Source of the DNA: Chrysiogenales bacterium
Lineage (GTDB): Bacteria > Acidobacteriota > Aminicenantia > UBA2199
DNA length: 64,000 bases
Assembly: GCA_963700535.1 (NCBI GenBank)
Contig: CAVOXU010000002.1
Coordinates: forward strand, 88,094-152,093
Direction of reading: 5' to 3'
In this document: positions 8,784 through 19,381 of the stretch, piece after piece
Layout of the letters: each line of letters begins with the position of its first letter
Position numbering within the stretch: position 1 is the first letter of the stretch
Made by a program: the position numbers and the translations under genes
The notes under the pieces: model-generated
Database searches by the model: none
The model's input: the letters and a program-made list of their open reading frames with translations, nothing else
What the model was told of the DNA's origin: nothing

Positions 8784-9756
8784 TACGCAATTATCCCGTT
8801 TTCTTTCAGGACCTTTAAAAATCTCTGCACGCCCAGGCCGTCGACCAATTGCCTTCCGGCTGCGCCCATTTGCTCGCGGTGCTCCCGGGTAAGCGGGGCG
8901 ATCATATCCCGGAATGCATCGATTGTCAGGGCCTCCAGTTTGCCGAAGGCAAGGCCGGCCTGGTGATCGGCCCAGGCGGCTGCCGTAATTGCCTGGCCGG
9001 GCTCCTGATAAAAATACGCGCCGGCGTGCCGATGGCCGCGGCTTCCAAGGTCTCGTTGCCGGCCGGGATCAGGGCCAGGTCGGCCTCGAAATAGGCACGG
9101 GCCGGGCTCTCGCTCTTGCCGCAAAAATGGCTGCCGGGATAAATTTTCATCAAGTTGCGCTTGTCGGCTTTTTTTAGGCTCAATCCAGGCGCTATCCTCA
9201 TTTTGAAATGCAGGCGATGCAGGGTATCGACGATGTGGCGCAGGTCGCGGTAGGGGAGATGATCGCCCAAATTAACAAAGACATTTTTTATGGTTTTGCG
9301 GTATTTTCTTTTGGCTTGGTGAAAATGGCGGAACTTGTGATGCAGCAGGGCGTATGCCGGGCCGGATATGACGATCGCTCCGGCCGCAGCCTGGTTAATC
9401 ACTGCGCTCAATGGCTGCAAAATGAGGTCAACTGGCTGACAGGCGCTGCCGGCATTGACGAACTGCATGGTTTTTATTCCGGCTTTCTTTGCTTTCTCCA
9501 GCAGGGTGCTGTCCGGAGTGGAAAAGTGGGGCAGGTCGAAGATTATGGCCGTGATCCCGGTCAGATCCATGGTGCCCGGATCTGCACCCAGTTGGGCGGG
9601 AATGTTTTTTTCAGCCAGATATTTCGCTGCTTTCTTGTCTTTGCTGTTAAGGATCAGCACCGGGGTGTTTTTTTTCAGGAGAGCTGCCAGCCAGGAGCAG
9701 CGGCGCAAAGGCTGCAGGCCGGATTGCGGTGCGGGGTCGGTGCGAAAGACGATCAT
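8783..9756 (-). CDS. PseG-like glycosyltransferase (GT28 C-terminal / UDP-sugar hydrolase family), with an apparent frameshift near 9010
   Basis: N-terminus MIVFRTDPAPQSG...RRC resembles the PseG/MurG-like fold. A C-terminal block (FGKLEALTIDAFRDMIAPL...) continues in another frame through ORF 8783..9124. Confidence 0.45.
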
Positions 9757-10968
9757 TTAGCCCAGGACTTCTCTGATCTTCTCCATGGCGGCATCGATGT
9801 CACCCTTGGTGATGACCAGGGGCGGTGCAAAGCGGATGATCCAGTCATGGGTCTCCTTGCAGAGCAGGCCCTTTTCTTTCAAAGCGGTGGTGTACTGGCG
9901 GGCTTTGCCTGCCGATTCGTGCAGGACCACGCCGATCAGCAGCCCTTTGCCGCGCACCAGCTTGATTTTATTCGTTTTTTTCTGAAGATCTTTCAATTGG
10001 CCAATGAAATATCCGCCCATCTCAGCGGCGCGCTCGGACAACTTTTCATCCAGCAGCACATCGATCGAGGCCATGGCCACGGCACAGCCCAGGGGATTGC
10101 CGCCGAAAGTGGAGCCGTGGCTGCCGGGTTTGAAGACCCCCAGCACATCCTGGTTGGCGGCCACGGCGCTGACCGGGAATACACCGCCACCCAGTGCCTT
10201 GCCCATGATGATGATGTCGGGATCGATATCTTCGTGCTGGTAGGCAAACAGCTTGCCGGTGCGGCAGAAGCCGGTCTGGATCTCGTCCACGGCCAGCAGG
10301 ATGTTGTTTTTTTCAGCAATCGCGCTCAAGCCTTTCAGGTAGCCGTCGTCCGGAACCACAACGCCGGCTTCGCCCTGGATGGGTTCGACCATTATGCCGA
10401 CAGTGTTATTATTGACCGCTTTTTCAACGGCTTTCAGGTCGTTGTAGGGGACGATCTTGAAGCCGGGGGTGAAAGGGCCATAGTTATCTTTGGCGATCGG
10501 ATCGCTGGAAAAGGAGACGATGGTGGTGGTGCGGCCGTGAAAATTTTCGCTGAAAACGATGATTTCGGCCTTATCGGCGTCCACTTTCTTGACCAGGTAA
10601 CCCCACTTGCGCATGGTTTTGATGGCCGTCTCCACGGCCTCGGCCCCGGTATTCATGGGCAGGATCATCTCTTTGCCGGTCAACTCGGACAGTTTTTTGG
10701 CGAATATCGGCCAGCGGTCATTGAAAAAGGCCCGTGATGTCAGGGTAAGGATGTCGGCCTGGTCTTTCAGGGCCTTGATGATGGCCGGATGGCGGTGGCC
10801 CTGGTTGACGGCAGAATAGGCGGACAGCATGTCGATGTAGCGCTTGCCTTCAGGGTCTTCAACCCAAATGCCCTCGGCCTTGGCGATAACCACTTCCAGG
10901 GGGTGGTAGTTGTGGGCACCGTAGCGATGCTCGATATCCATTAATTCCTGTGAACTCAATTTATTCAT
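9757..10968 (-). CDS. rocD: Ornithine aminotransferase
   Basis: Class III aminotransferase. N-terminus MNKLSSQELMDIEHRYGAHNYHPL is typical of OAT. Confidence 0.85.
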   Translation of the reverse strand: MNKLSSQELMDIEHRYGAHNYHPLEVVIAKAEGIWVEDPEGKRYIDMLSAYSAVNQGHRHPAIIKALKDQADILTLTSRAFFNDRWPIFAKKLSELTGKEMILPMNTGAEAVETAIKTMRKWGYLVKKVDADKAEIIVFSENFHGRTTTIVSFSSDPIAKDNYGPFTPGFKIVPYNDLKAVEKAVNNNTVGIMVEPIQGEAGVVVPDDGYLKGLSAIAEKNNILLAVDEIQTGFCRTGKLFAYQHEDIDPDIIIMGKALGGGVFPVSAVAANQDVLGVFKPGSHGSTFGGNPLGCAVAMASIDVLLDEKLSERAAEMGGYFIGQLKDLQKKTNKIKLVRGKGLLIGVVLHESAGKARQYTTALKEKGLLCKETHDWIIRFAPPLVITKGDIDAAMEKIREVLG

Positions 10969-11040
10969 GAAATCACCTCGTTTTAGTTTGGATTTTATTG
11001 TAGCAGTTTAAACTATTTCGTCAATAGGGAGGCAAGGCCA

Positions 11041-11141
11041 GTAATTCGTAATACGTAATTCGTAAATCGAAACAGCAATCAGACAAATCCAGAAGAATAC
11101 TCTTTTTCTTCCGAATCACTAATCACGAATTACGAATCACG
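11041..11141. repeat. Intergenic inverted-arm element, locus B (heptamer units aaNNcgt)
   Basis: Left arm gtaattcgtaatacgtaattcgtaaatcg. Right arm ccgaatcactaatcacgaattacgaatcacg (imperfect reverse complement). Confidence 0.6.
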
Positions 11142-11231
11142 TAGTGCTTGAAATGCCATAGGCTTGATTATTTTTAACGAAAACGGTATATTTTTTGCGT
11201 AATGCAAAGAATTGATGCTGAGGAGGTCAGG

Positions 11232-11681
11232 ATGAAGGTTGGCAAGATTCTCGAAAACAAGGCCAGCGTTGTATTTTCAGTTCACATTGACGCCATTGTC
11301 AGCGATGCCTTGCAAAATATGGATGAAAAAAATATTGGTGCCCTGATGGTGATCGACAGCCAGGAAAACATCCAGGGCATTGTTTCCGAAAGAGATATCG
11401 TGCGCAACTGCTACCGCAACCAGGCCAATGTCAAGGGGCTGGCCATCCGTGACGTTATGACTCCGCGCGGCAAGCTGCTGGTGGCACGAGCCGAAGATGA
11501 CATCAACAACCTGATGGGGGCCATGACCCAGAACCATATCCGCCACATCCCGGTGGTCAATGAACAGGACAAGGTTGTGGGTATGGTGTCCATTGGCGAT
11601 ATCATCAAGGCCATGTTGAAGGACAAGGATTACCAGATCCGCCACTTGAAGGACTATATCGAAAGCAAATACCCATTATAA
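11232..11681 (+). CDS. CBS-pair domain protein
   Basis: Two CBS motifs. GAGGAGG Shine-Dalgarno before the ATG at 11232. Confidence 0.7.
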   Translation: MKVGKILENKASVVFSVHIDAIVSDALQNMDEKNIGALMVIDSQENIQGIVSERDIVRNCYRNQANVKGLAIRDVMTPRGKLLVARAEDDINNLMGAMTQNHIRHIPVVNEQDKVVGMVSIGDIIKAMLKDKDYQIRHLKDYIESKYPL

Positions 11682-11687
11682 TATCTT

Positions 11688-11822
11688 CAGGTTCGATGTG
11701 CGGAGTTCGATGTTCGACGTTGGAAAACCTTAAAACGAACAAAACAAGAAAAAATATCGATTATTGCTGATTTACAGATATTGCTTTCTAACCTCGAACT
11801 TCGAACCTCGAACTTCGAACCT
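11688..11822. repeat. Intergenic inverted-arm element, locus C (heptamer gttcgaN units)
   Basis: Left arm aggttcgatgtgcggagttcgatgttcgacgtt. Right arm aacctcgaacttcgaacctcgaacttcgaacctt, followed by a T-rich tract. Confidence 0.65.
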
Positions 11823-11826
11823 TGTT

Positions 11827-12957
11827 TTATTTCTGAGCGCTGATCTTTTCGCTGAACCACTTCCAGAGCGCATGGTGAAAGGCGAGCGTGGGTGGGTTCT
11901 CCTGCAGGAAGGACAGGGGATTGAAGTCCAGGGGGGCACCGGTCTGGCGGCGCTGGAAAAGGCCTTTGCGGTAGAGGGTGTGGCGTTCGGGATGAAATTG
12001 GATGCCCAGGACGTTGGGGAAAATGCGGTGTTCAACTGCTTCCACGATTTTTTTGTCCAGTGAGGTCGCAGTCACATGCAAATTTGCACCCAGTTCAGCG
12101 ATCGCCTGGTGGTGGGCCGTGGCCACGAAGGGACGGTCCCCTCCTGAAAATCCCATCTCGCGCACAAAAATGCTGTCTGCACCCAGGCGGATGCGATGGA
12201 ACGTCATCATCAGTTCCGTATCGTTCGGGAAGAGCTTTCCCAGGTAGATTCCCGAATGGATCCGGTCAGGATCTGCTGCCAGGACTTCCTCCACCGTCTT
12301 TTGACCGTACACTTCGCTGGGGATGTCCTGGGTCAGGCTGCCGCCGGTGGCCACGTTCAGGCTCTGGGCCCCCAGGCAGATGGCCAGCAGGGGAAAATTC
12401 CTGCGCCCGGCCAGGAACGGGATGAAAGCCGGATTCCTGCTGCTGCCCAGCAGGTGAAAAATCAAGGAGATCTCGTAATAGGAACGCGCCGGCGTCGAGG
12501 GTTCGGAAAGCAAGCTGATCCCCTGGTTATACAGCGTTGGCGGAATATCCATGCCCCCGGTGAAAATGATGCCGCTGGCCGCGCTGAAGATCTCCTTGAA
12601 TTGGGAAGTCCATAGGTTTTCCTGGAACAGGTCTTTGGCGTCCACCCGGCCAGTTATTTTTCGGAATTGAATCCAGGTGAGCCGATTCTGCTGTACGTAT
12701 GCGAAGGCTTCCTGGAAAGCTTTGGCTTCCTCGCCATTGGCGAGTTCATCCTCGTGGTAGATCCCCAGCAGCACCAGTGATTTCAAAGGCAGGATGTTTT
12801 TTTCGTACAATTCCACTATATTTTGAACCTGGAAGAGGGTAGGATGGGTCATGATAATAACCGGCGCTCCCGCGGAGAAATCCTCTCCCTGCGCTGCCGC
12901 CGTCAGACCCAGGCCGATCAGCAGCAGAAAAATCCATATCAGGTTCTTTTTTTTCAT
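11827..12957 (-). CDS. Secreted class I glutamine amidotransferase-like / peptidase C26 family protein
   Basis: Signal peptide MKKKNLIWIFLLLIGLGLTAAA. GATase1 motifs (ICLGAQ, GIQFHPE). Confidence 0.7.
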   Translation of the reverse strand: MKKKNLIWIFLLLIGLGLTAAAQGEDFSAGAPVIIMTHPTLFQVQNIVELYEKNILPLKSLVLLGIYHEDELANGEEAKAFQEAFAYVQQNRLTWIQFRKITGRVDAKDLFQENLWTSQFKEIFSAASGIIFTGGMDIPPTLYNQGISLLSEPSTPARSYYEISLIFHLLGSSRNPAFIPFLAGRRNFPLLAICLGAQSLNVATGGSLTQDIPSEVYGQKTVEEVLAADPDRIHSGIYLGKLFPNDTELMMTFHRIRLGADSIFVREMGFSGGDRPFVATAHHQAIAELGANLHVTATSLDKKIVEAVEHRIFPNVLGIQFHPERHTLYRKGLFQRRQTGAPLDFNPLSFLQENPPTLAFHHALWKWFSEKISAQK

Positions 12958-13037
12958 GAATACTCCCGAAATGTGCTTTTGGGTTCCAGCTATTGATTTG
13001 AAGATGAAGGAGAGGCCCGCGGGCCTCTCCCCATATA

Positions 13038-14307
13038 TTATTCGCTGAATTTTTTTAAAAGTAAAGTAGCGTTGGTGCCGCCGAATCCGAAGGAATTGGA
13101 CAGGGCGTAGGGGATCTCCCGGCTGAGGCCCTGGTTGGGGGTGTAGTTCAGGTCGCATTCCTCATCCCGGGTTTCATAATTGATTGTCGGCGGGATAAAG
13201 GAGTTGGCGATGGCCAGGGCGGTGAAGGCGGCCTCGGCGCTGCCCGTGGCGCCCAGCATGTGTCCGGTCATGGATTTGGTCGAACTGATGGCCAGCTTGG
13301 CGGCATGATCGGCAAAAAGTCGTTTGATGGCGTGGGTTTCCAGCTTGTCGTTGAGTTCAGTAGAAGTGCCGTGGGCGTTTATGTACACAATGTCTTCGGG
13401 TTTGATTTGGGCGTCGGCCACAGCCATTTTCATGGAGCGGTAGGCGCCGTCTGCTTCGGGATCCGGGGCGGTCATATGGAAGGCGTCGCCGGTGAAGCCG
13501 TAGCCGACGACCTCGGCATAGATCCTGGCTCCGCGGTTGTGGGCGTGCTCCAGGGATTCCAGGATCAGTACCGCGGACCCCTCGGCGATGACGAAGCCGT
13601 CGCGGTTCTTGTCGAAGGGCCGTGAGGCCTTTTCCGGCTGATCATTGCGCGTGGAAAGGGCGCGCATGGCGGTGAAGCCTGCCACTCCCAGGGGAGTGAT
13701 GGGATACTCGGCGCCGCCGGCGATCATGATGTCGGCTTCGCCGCGCTGAATAATGCGTGTCGAGTCGCCGATGGCGTGGGTACCGGTGGCGCAAGCGGTG
13801 CAGTTGGCCAGGTTGGGGCCTTTGAAGCCGAACTTGATGGATACCTGGCCGGCGGCCAGGTTGGCGATACAGGCCGGCAGAAAGAATGGAGATATCCGCT
13901 CCGGCCCCTTTTCCATCAATATTTCCTTGTTGATCTCGATGGTTTGGATGCCGCCGATGCCCGAGCCGATATAGATGCCGGCCCTCACTTTATCAATGAC
14001 ATTCATGTCCAGCCCTGAATCCTTGACCGCCTCTTCCGAAGCGATCAAGGCGAACTGGATAAAGGGATCGAATTTTCTCAGGTCTTTCCGGTCAAAGTAC
14101 TGGTGAGCATCGTAGTTCTTGATTTCTCCGGCGATCTGGCTGGCATGCCGACTGGCGTCGAAGCGGGTGATTTTACCGATGCCGCTGCGCCCGTTGCGGA
14201 GGCTTCTCCCAGTTCTCGTCCTTGTTCTTGCCGACGGGCGTAAACAGCCCGATACCGGTGACGACAACGCGGCGCAAAGGTATTGTCTTGCTTATGAATG
14301 GATCCAT
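13038..14307 (-). CDS. fabF: Beta-ketoacyl-ACP synthase II, with an apparent 1-nt frameshift near 14200
   Basis: KAS II core. The true N-terminus MDPFISKTIPLRRVVVTGIGLFTPVGKNKDENWEK lies in another frame and rejoins at LRNGRSGIGKITRFDAS. Confidence 0.85.
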
Positions 14308-14322
14308 GTTAGCGAACGGGAC

Positions 14323-14565
14323 TTACTGGGCTTTCTTCAGGACGTAGTCAACGGCCGATCCCACGGTCGTAAGCTTCTCGGCTTCCTCCTCGGGGATTTT
14401 GAGCTCGAATTCATCTTCAAGGGCCATGATCAATTCCACCTGGTCGAGAGAATCGGCGCCCAAGTCTTCGACGAACTTGGCTTCTTCGGTAACCTGATCT
14501 TCACCGACATTCAGCTTCTCGGCTACAACCGCTTTAACTTTGGTCAGGATTTCTTCTTTTTTCAT
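14323..14565 (-). CDS. acpP: Acyl carrier protein
   Basis: 80 aa with the DSL phosphopantetheine-attachment motif. Confidence 0.9.
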   Translation of the reverse strand: MKKEEILTKVKAVVAEKLNVGEDQVTEEAKFVEDLGADSLDQVELIMALEDEFELKIPEEEAEKLTTVGSAVDYVLKKAQ

Positions 14566-14582
14566 TTTTTCCTCCTTGGATT

Positions 14583-15323
14583 TTAAATCAATAGTCCGCC
14601 GGAAACGTTAAGAACCGTTCCAGTTATATAATGAGCTGCAGGAGATGCCAGAAAATAAACGGCTTCAGCCACATCTTCCGGTGTACCTGCTCTTTTGAGT
14701 GCGATCTGTGCAATATAGGCTTCCTTGACATTTTCAGGAAGCTTTTCGGTCATTTCGGTCAGGATAAAGCCTGGAGCCACGGCGTTGACCGTGATGTTGC
14801 GGCCGCCCAGCTCGCGGGCCATGGACTTGCTCAAGGCGATGATCCCGGCCTTGGAGGCGGCGTAATTTGCCTGGCCCGCGGTGCCCAGGATGCCGCTGAC
14901 CGAAGCCAGGTTGACGATGCGGCCGAAACGTTTTTTCATCATCTCCTTGGCTGCGAAATGGGAACAGAGAAATGTCCCCTTTAAATTGATGTTCATGACC
15001 AGGTCCCAATCATTTTCCCCCATGCGGATGGAGAGGTTGTCACGGGTAATGCCGGCATTGTTGACCAGTACATCGACGGAGCCGAAGGCGGCCATGGTCT
15101 GTTTGATCAATTCCTCGGCGTCATGACTTTTGGAAACATCGGTTGTGACGGCCAGGGTGCGCACGCCCGTTGCCGCGATTTCCCGCGCGGTTTTGACGGC
15201 CTCATCGCCCATGATGTCGGAAATGATGATATTCATCCCTTCCTTGGCCAGGCGCCGGGCGATAGCTTTGCCAATGCCGCGGGCGCCGCCGGTGATGATC
15301 GCGCTCTGAGCCGGGTCAGACAT
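14583..15323 (-). CDS. fabG: 3-oxoacyl-ACP reductase
   Basis: SDR fold with [12 protein letters not shown] and YAASKAG. Confidence 0.9.
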   Translation of the reverse strand: MSDPAQSAIITGGARGIGKAIARRLAKEGMNIIISDIMGDEAVKTAREIAATGVRTLAVTTDVSKSHDAEELIKQTMAAFGSVDVLVNNAGITRDNLSIRMGENDWDLVMNINLKGTFLCSHFAAKEMMKKRFGRIVNLASVSGILGTAGQANYAASKAGIIALSKSMARELGGRNITVNAVAPGFILTEMTEKLPENVKEAYIAQIALKRAGTPEDVAEAVYFLASPAAHYITGTVLNVSGGLLI

Positions 15324-16359
15324 ATTTCAGTTCCTTAATGGTTTTCTTCATTATGCCGATCTCCTGGGATATTTTTTCCAAAACCTTTTCAGAAACGAAT
15401 TTGTAGCTGAGAGAAATAGCGTTCTTGATGGCCTTGGCGTTGGAGCCGCCGTGGCCTATGATGACAATGCCGTTGACTCCCAGCAGCAGGGCCCCGCCGT
15501 ATTCGGCATAGTCGAGCTTCTTTTTGATGCGTTTCAGCGATTTTTTCAGAAAGAAAAAACCGATTTTGGAAAAGATATTGGACATGATCTCTCTTTTCAG
15601 CATGGAGAGCATGACATCAACCACGCCTTCGGATATCTTCAGGGCGACGTTGCCGGTGAAGCCGTCGGTGACGATCAGATCGGCTTCGCCGATATATACA
15701 TCACGGCCTTCGACGTTGCCGATGAAATTGATTTCCATCTGCTTGAGCAGGTTGTGGGTGGTCTTGGTCAATTCGTTGCCCTTGACCTCTTCTTCACCGA
15801 TGTTCATCAGGGCGATGCGCGGATTCTCGATGCCGTAAATGCTTTCCAGGTACACCTTGCCCATCAGGGCGAACTGCACCAGGTTGTGGGGCTTGGAATC
15901 GGTGTTGGCGCCGACATCGACCAGGAGCGAATTGCCCTTCAGGGTGGGGATCATAATGGCCAGAGCCGGGCGGTCGATGTTTTTCATTGAGCCAAGAATG
16001 GTTTTGGCCATGGCCATGACGGCTCCGGTGTTGCCGGCCGAAACCATGGCTTTGGCTTTATCGTTTCTCACCAGGTCGATGGCTTTCTTGATCGATGTCT
16101 CTTCGCGTTTCCGCCAATAGGAAAGGAAATGCTCTTTCATGGAGATCTCTTCCAGGGCATCGACGATCTCCAGGCGGTCGAGGCGGACATTCTTGTATTT
16201 TTTCAATTCTTTTTGGATCTCTTTTTCCTTGCCGACCAGGATGATGCGGTAACCGTCATTATGGCTGTTCTCGCGGAGGTAAGCTACCACTCCCTCGATG
16301 ACGATGCCGGGGGCGTGGTCGCCGCCCATGGCGTCAACGGCAATCTTGACCGGTTCCAT
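15316..16359 (-). CDS. plsX: Phosphate acyltransferase PlsX
   Basis: N-terminus MEPVKIAVDAMGGDHAP. Sits between rpmF and fabG. Confidence 0.85.
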   Translation of the reverse strand: MEPVKIAVDAMGGDHAPGIVIEGVVAYLRENSHNDGYRIILVGKEKEIQKELKKYKNVRLDRLEIVDALEEISMKEHFLSYWRKREETSIKKAIDLVRNDKAKAMVSAGNTGAVMAMAKTILGSMKNIDRPALAIMIPTLKGNSLLVDVGANTDSKPHNLVQFALMGKVYLESIYGIENPRIALMNIGEEEVKGNELTKTTHNLLKQMEINFIGNVEGRDVYIGEADLIVTDGFTGNVALKISEGVVDVMLSMLKREIMSNIFSKIGFFFLKKSLKRIKKKLDYAEYGGALLLGVNGIVIIGHGGSNAKAIKNAISLSYKFVSEKVLEKISQEIGIMKKTIKELKYV

Positions 16360-16364
16360 TTCAA

Positions 16365-16547
16365 TCAGGCTTCGCTGCCTTTGACGATCTGTTTGCCCTG
16401 GTAATAACCGCAGTTGCCGCAAAGACGGTGGGGGAGCTTGGGTTCATTGCACTTGGGGCAAACGGACAAACCTTCCACTTTCAGGGCATCGTGAGACCTT
16501 CTTTTATTTTTTCTGGAATGGGAATGTCTTCTTTTTGGTTGGGGCAT
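16365..16547 (-). CDS. rpmF: 50S ribosomal protein L32
   Basis: 60 aa, MPQPKRRHSHSRKNKRRSHDAL, with CxxC...CxxC. Confidence 0.9.
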   Translation of the reverse strand: MPQPKRRHSHSRKNKRRSHDALKVEGLSVCPKCNEPKLPHRLCGNCGYYQGKQIVKGSEA

Positions 16548-16550
16548 TTG

Positions 16551-17060
16551 TCACCTCTTTACTTTTTCAAACAAGAATTTTATTTCATTTTTATTCTGTT
16601 CGCATTGGCAGGAACTGTGGTTCAGGTTGGTGCCGCAACTGGAGCAGATCCCTTTGCATTCGGCTTTGCAGACCGGTTTGAAGGGAGTGAACAGATTGAC
16701 CTGTTCGATAAGTATCTTTTCCAGGTCGATCTGTTCGTTTTCGTAAAAAATATATTCCAACTCCTCGTCATCCAGGGCGGTGCTGCGCTGATCCACCATT
16801 TCACTGGGGAAAAGGATAATGTCGAATCGGGAATTGATTTTCAAGTCGAATTGTTCAAGGCAGCGGACGCAAATCAACGAGATGGCAGTCTTGATCTTGC
16901 CCTGGGCCTGAACGCGCTGGTTTTGCCGCTTGAAAAATATCTGGTACTCGATGCCTTCGAGAAAAAAACTTTCGTCCTCGAGCAAATTGGTGCTGTCGAT
17001 CTCTATGGTGTCGTTTAAAGCGTAGCCCCTATCAGAGATTTTATTTACGTTTATTATCAT
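16551..17060 (-). CDS. yceD: YceD/DUF177 family protein
   Basis: C-terminal Cys cluster CKAECKGICSSCGTNLNHSSCQC. Located upstream of rpmF. Confidence 0.75.
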   Translation of the reverse strand: MIINVNKISDRGYALNDTIEIDSTNLLEDESFFLEGIEYQIFFKRQNQRVQAQGKIKTAISLICVRCLEQFDLKINSRFDIILFPSEMVDQRSTALDDEELEYIFYENEQIDLEKILIEQVNLFTPFKPVCKAECKGICSSCGTNLNHSSCQCEQNKNEIKFLFEKVKR

Positions 17061-17178
17061 TTTTACCCTTAATACCGGTATTCGTTGACAAGTCAAACTT
17101 AATATCATACTTTCCCGTCCATGTCAATAAAAACAGTCTTGATTTGTGATTCGATTGCTGACTGGCTCGGTCTGATTA

Positions 17179-18432
17179 TTATTCGATTTTCCAGTCCTGG
17201 TTTTTGGGGCAGCGGCCGTAAGTGAGCAGCGCCGCCTGACTCAGATCAAGATATTTGCCGCAGAAACCGTTGATATCCTGGCTGGTCGTGGCATTGATCT
17301 CGGAGATGATGTCAGCGACTTTCTGTTCCTTGCCGAAATACAACTCCTGGCCGGTGTTGAACCGCATTTTGGCCACATTGTTTTCCAGGCTGAGGATGAT
17401 GGATGACTTGATGTGGTCCTTGGCCCTCTCCAGTTCTTCTTCGCTGATGCCTTTTTTTCTCAAGCGCCTGATTTCACTGCTTATGGCTTTCAGATAGGGG
17501 CTGACTTTATCGGGCTCGATAACGGCATAAATGAGTTGCACGCCGCATTCCTGGTAGGAGTCGATGAATGAGCTTATTGTGTAAGCCAAACCTTTTTCTT
17601 CCCTGATGCTTTGAAAAAGCCGTGAGCTCATCCCCCCGCCCAAGATATCGTTCATGATCATGATCGGATGGCGCAGGCGAGATACCAGGGATATGCTGTC
17701 CAGGGCGGTCAGTACGTAGCACTGGTTCAGGGTCTTGTTTTTTTTATAAAACTGGCGGGGATGGAAGCGGGCGCGGGGAAATTTGAACTGCCGCGCGGTG
17801 CGGGGAGGGGAGCCTGTGAAAAAATCACTGGCCAGGTCCACCAGTTCCTTGTGGCGGATATTGCCGGCGGCGGACAGCAGCATGTTCTCCGGGACGTAAT
17901 GCTCCCGGTAAAAAGTGAAGACCTGACCGCGGTTCAGCCCGGAGACATGTTTTTCCCTGCCGCCGATCGGATAGCCCAGGGCGTTGCCGGCATATATCTT
18001 TTCATAAAATGTCTCGAAAGCGTGGGTTTCCGGGTTGTCATCGGCTTCCTTGATTTCTTGAACGATAACGTTTTTTTCCTTGGTGAACTCATCCTCGGGA
18101 AAAGTGGAGTGGAACACGATATCGGACAGCAGGGCGAAGGATTCGTTCAGTTTTTCATCGATTGATTTGATGTAATATTGGGTGATCTCCTTGCTGGTGA
18201 AAGCGTTAAGCCGTCCCCCCAAGCGGTCGGAAATGTCGGCTATCTGCTTCAGATCATGGCGGCGGCTGCCTTTAAATAGCATGTGCTCGACCAGGTGGTG
18301 CACGCCGTTGCTGTCGGCAGTTTCGGCTCGGGAGCCGCTTTTCAGTGAGTAGCTGAGCGCAAATGAAGGAAATTCGGGAAAATTTTCCGATATAACGGTC
18401 AGGCCGCAGGGTAATACTGTTTTTTCGACCAT
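17179..18432 (-). CDS. M16 family (pitrilysin-like) zinc peptidase
   Basis: Inverted zinc motif HHLVEHMLFKG (HxxEH). Confidence 0.8.
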   Translation of the reverse strand: MVEKTVLPCGLTVISENFPEFPSFALSYSLKSGSRAETADSNGVHHLVEHMLFKGSRRHDLKQIADISDRLGGRLNAFTSKEITQYYIKSIDEKLNESFALLSDIVFHSTFPEDEFTKEKNVIVQEIKEADDNPETHAFETFYEKIYAGNALGYPIGGREKHVSGLNRGQVFTFYREHYVPENMLLSAAGNIRHKELVDLASDFFTGSPPRTARQFKFPRARFHPRQFYKKNKTLNQCYVLTALDSISLVSRLRHPIMIMNDILGGGMSSRLFQSIREEKGLAYTISSFIDSYQECGVQLIYAVIEPDKVSPYLKAISSEIRRLRKKGISEEELERAKDHIKSSIILSLENNVAKMRFNTGQELYFGKEQKVADIISEINATTSQDINGFCGKYLDLSQAALLTYGRCPKNQDWKIE

Positions 18433-18643
18433 GGGGGCTGCTCCTTAAGTTGTGCGGGCTGATTATACCATTGGAGCGCGAATTCGCCTACCGTTTTCTG
18501 GGGAAGACGCTGAATCGGTTTGCAGTGAAATAGTTATTTGTGATTGGTCAAAAGAAAGATAAAATCAAGCGGACAGGGCAACAGTAATAAGTATCTTTGA
18601 AAATCTTGCTTCTCAGCCATTCACTTGCCTCTGATTGCCCCAA

Positions 18644-19366
18644 TTACGACAATTCGTCAATTTTTTGTACCATGGCGCTGGCTTTCATGGACATGGGGCT
18701 TAGCATTCCGGCCAGTTTTTCGAATTGAGCTCTGGCTGCTTGCTTCTGACCCTGACGCAGCAGCACGAAACCTTTGTAATAAAGAGCTTCGTCAAAATAT
18801 GCTGGATCCATGGCGCGGATGATGGCATCGAATATTTCGCCGGCTTTGGCCGCTTCGTCCTCGCCAAGATAGCAGATGGCGCGGAAGAATTCGATCTTGG
18901 GGTAGCCGGCTTCCTCCATGAGGGGGCCTTCAAGCAGGTTCAGGGCCGGGCGGAACCTTCTTTCTTGGAGATGTTTCATGGCCTGAGAAAACTTTGCCTC
19001 AATTGCCGCGCCATTTTCCGGAATACGCCTCAGTTCGCCCTGGTGGTATGGGGGGATTTCAAATGCCGAAATTTCCAGAAGCAGGCGGGCTTGCCGTTTC
19101 TGCTGCACCAGCAGGAAGGAAAACAGGGTGAGCAGGAAAAGTGAAGACATGATCAGCAGTGGTTTGAAAAGTTTCAGGGCAAAGGCCCGCGGCTTTTCCT
19201 CCAGGGTGATGCGCACTTCTTTATTTTGCAGTGATTCATTCAGTTTCAACCCGAGAAAGCACTTTCGGCAGTGGAAAAAATGTTCTTCAAATTTTTCGCG
19301 CCGGGGTTCGTCTATTGTTTCCTGCAAATAGGCATCAATCAGGTTTTTAAATTCATTGCATCTCAT
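18644..19366 (-). CDS. Anti-sigma factor (zf-HC2, single TM helix, TPR-like C-terminus)
   Basis: N-terminal C...H...C..C pattern, TM helix IMSSLFLLTLFSFLLV, and position directly downstream of the ECF sigma gene. Confidence 0.6.
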   Translation of the reverse strand: MRCNEFKNLIDAYLQETIDEPRREKFEEHFFHCRKCFLGLKLNESLQNKEVRITLEEKPRAFALKLFKPLLIMSSLFLLTLFSFLLVQQKRQARLLLEISAFEIPPYHQGELRRIPENGAAIEAKFSQAMKHLQERRFRPALNLLEGPLMEEAGYPKIEFFRAICYLGEDEAAKAGEIFDAIIRAMDPAYFDEALYYKGFVLLRQGQKQAARAQFEKLAGMLSPMSMKASAMVQKIDELS

Positions 19367-19381
19367 GTTGTCCTCATCACT

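Noticed and set aside
7865-8892. Four ORFs sharing the peptide VVTGRDLSL (7865..8194 minus, 8183..8710 plus, 8498..8770 minus, 8710..8892 plus), which could suggest a repeat-protein family.
   Set aside because: The shared peptide is just the translation of the REP palindrome read on either strand. Only 8183..8710 has a real protein signature (HuH transposase).
9208-10737. 509-aa ORF antisense to rocD. Similar long antisense ORFs occur elsewhere (33286..35424 opposite glgP, 44513..46333 opposite pstCA, 29398..30561 opposite pilQ).
   Set aside because: Compositionally biased (G/A/Q/H-rich) with no motifs. Each lies wholly opposite a well-supported conserved gene. These are typical spurious open frames in GC-rich DNA.
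14119-14307. fabF, CHAT, pstS, pstB2, phoU, corA and other genes as genuine pseudogenes.
   Set aside because: The affected genes are essential or conserved, the breaks are single-base and clustered, and one lies in a homopolymer. Sequencing or assembly indels are more parsimonious. Genuine gene decay is the alternative only if reads confirm the breaks.
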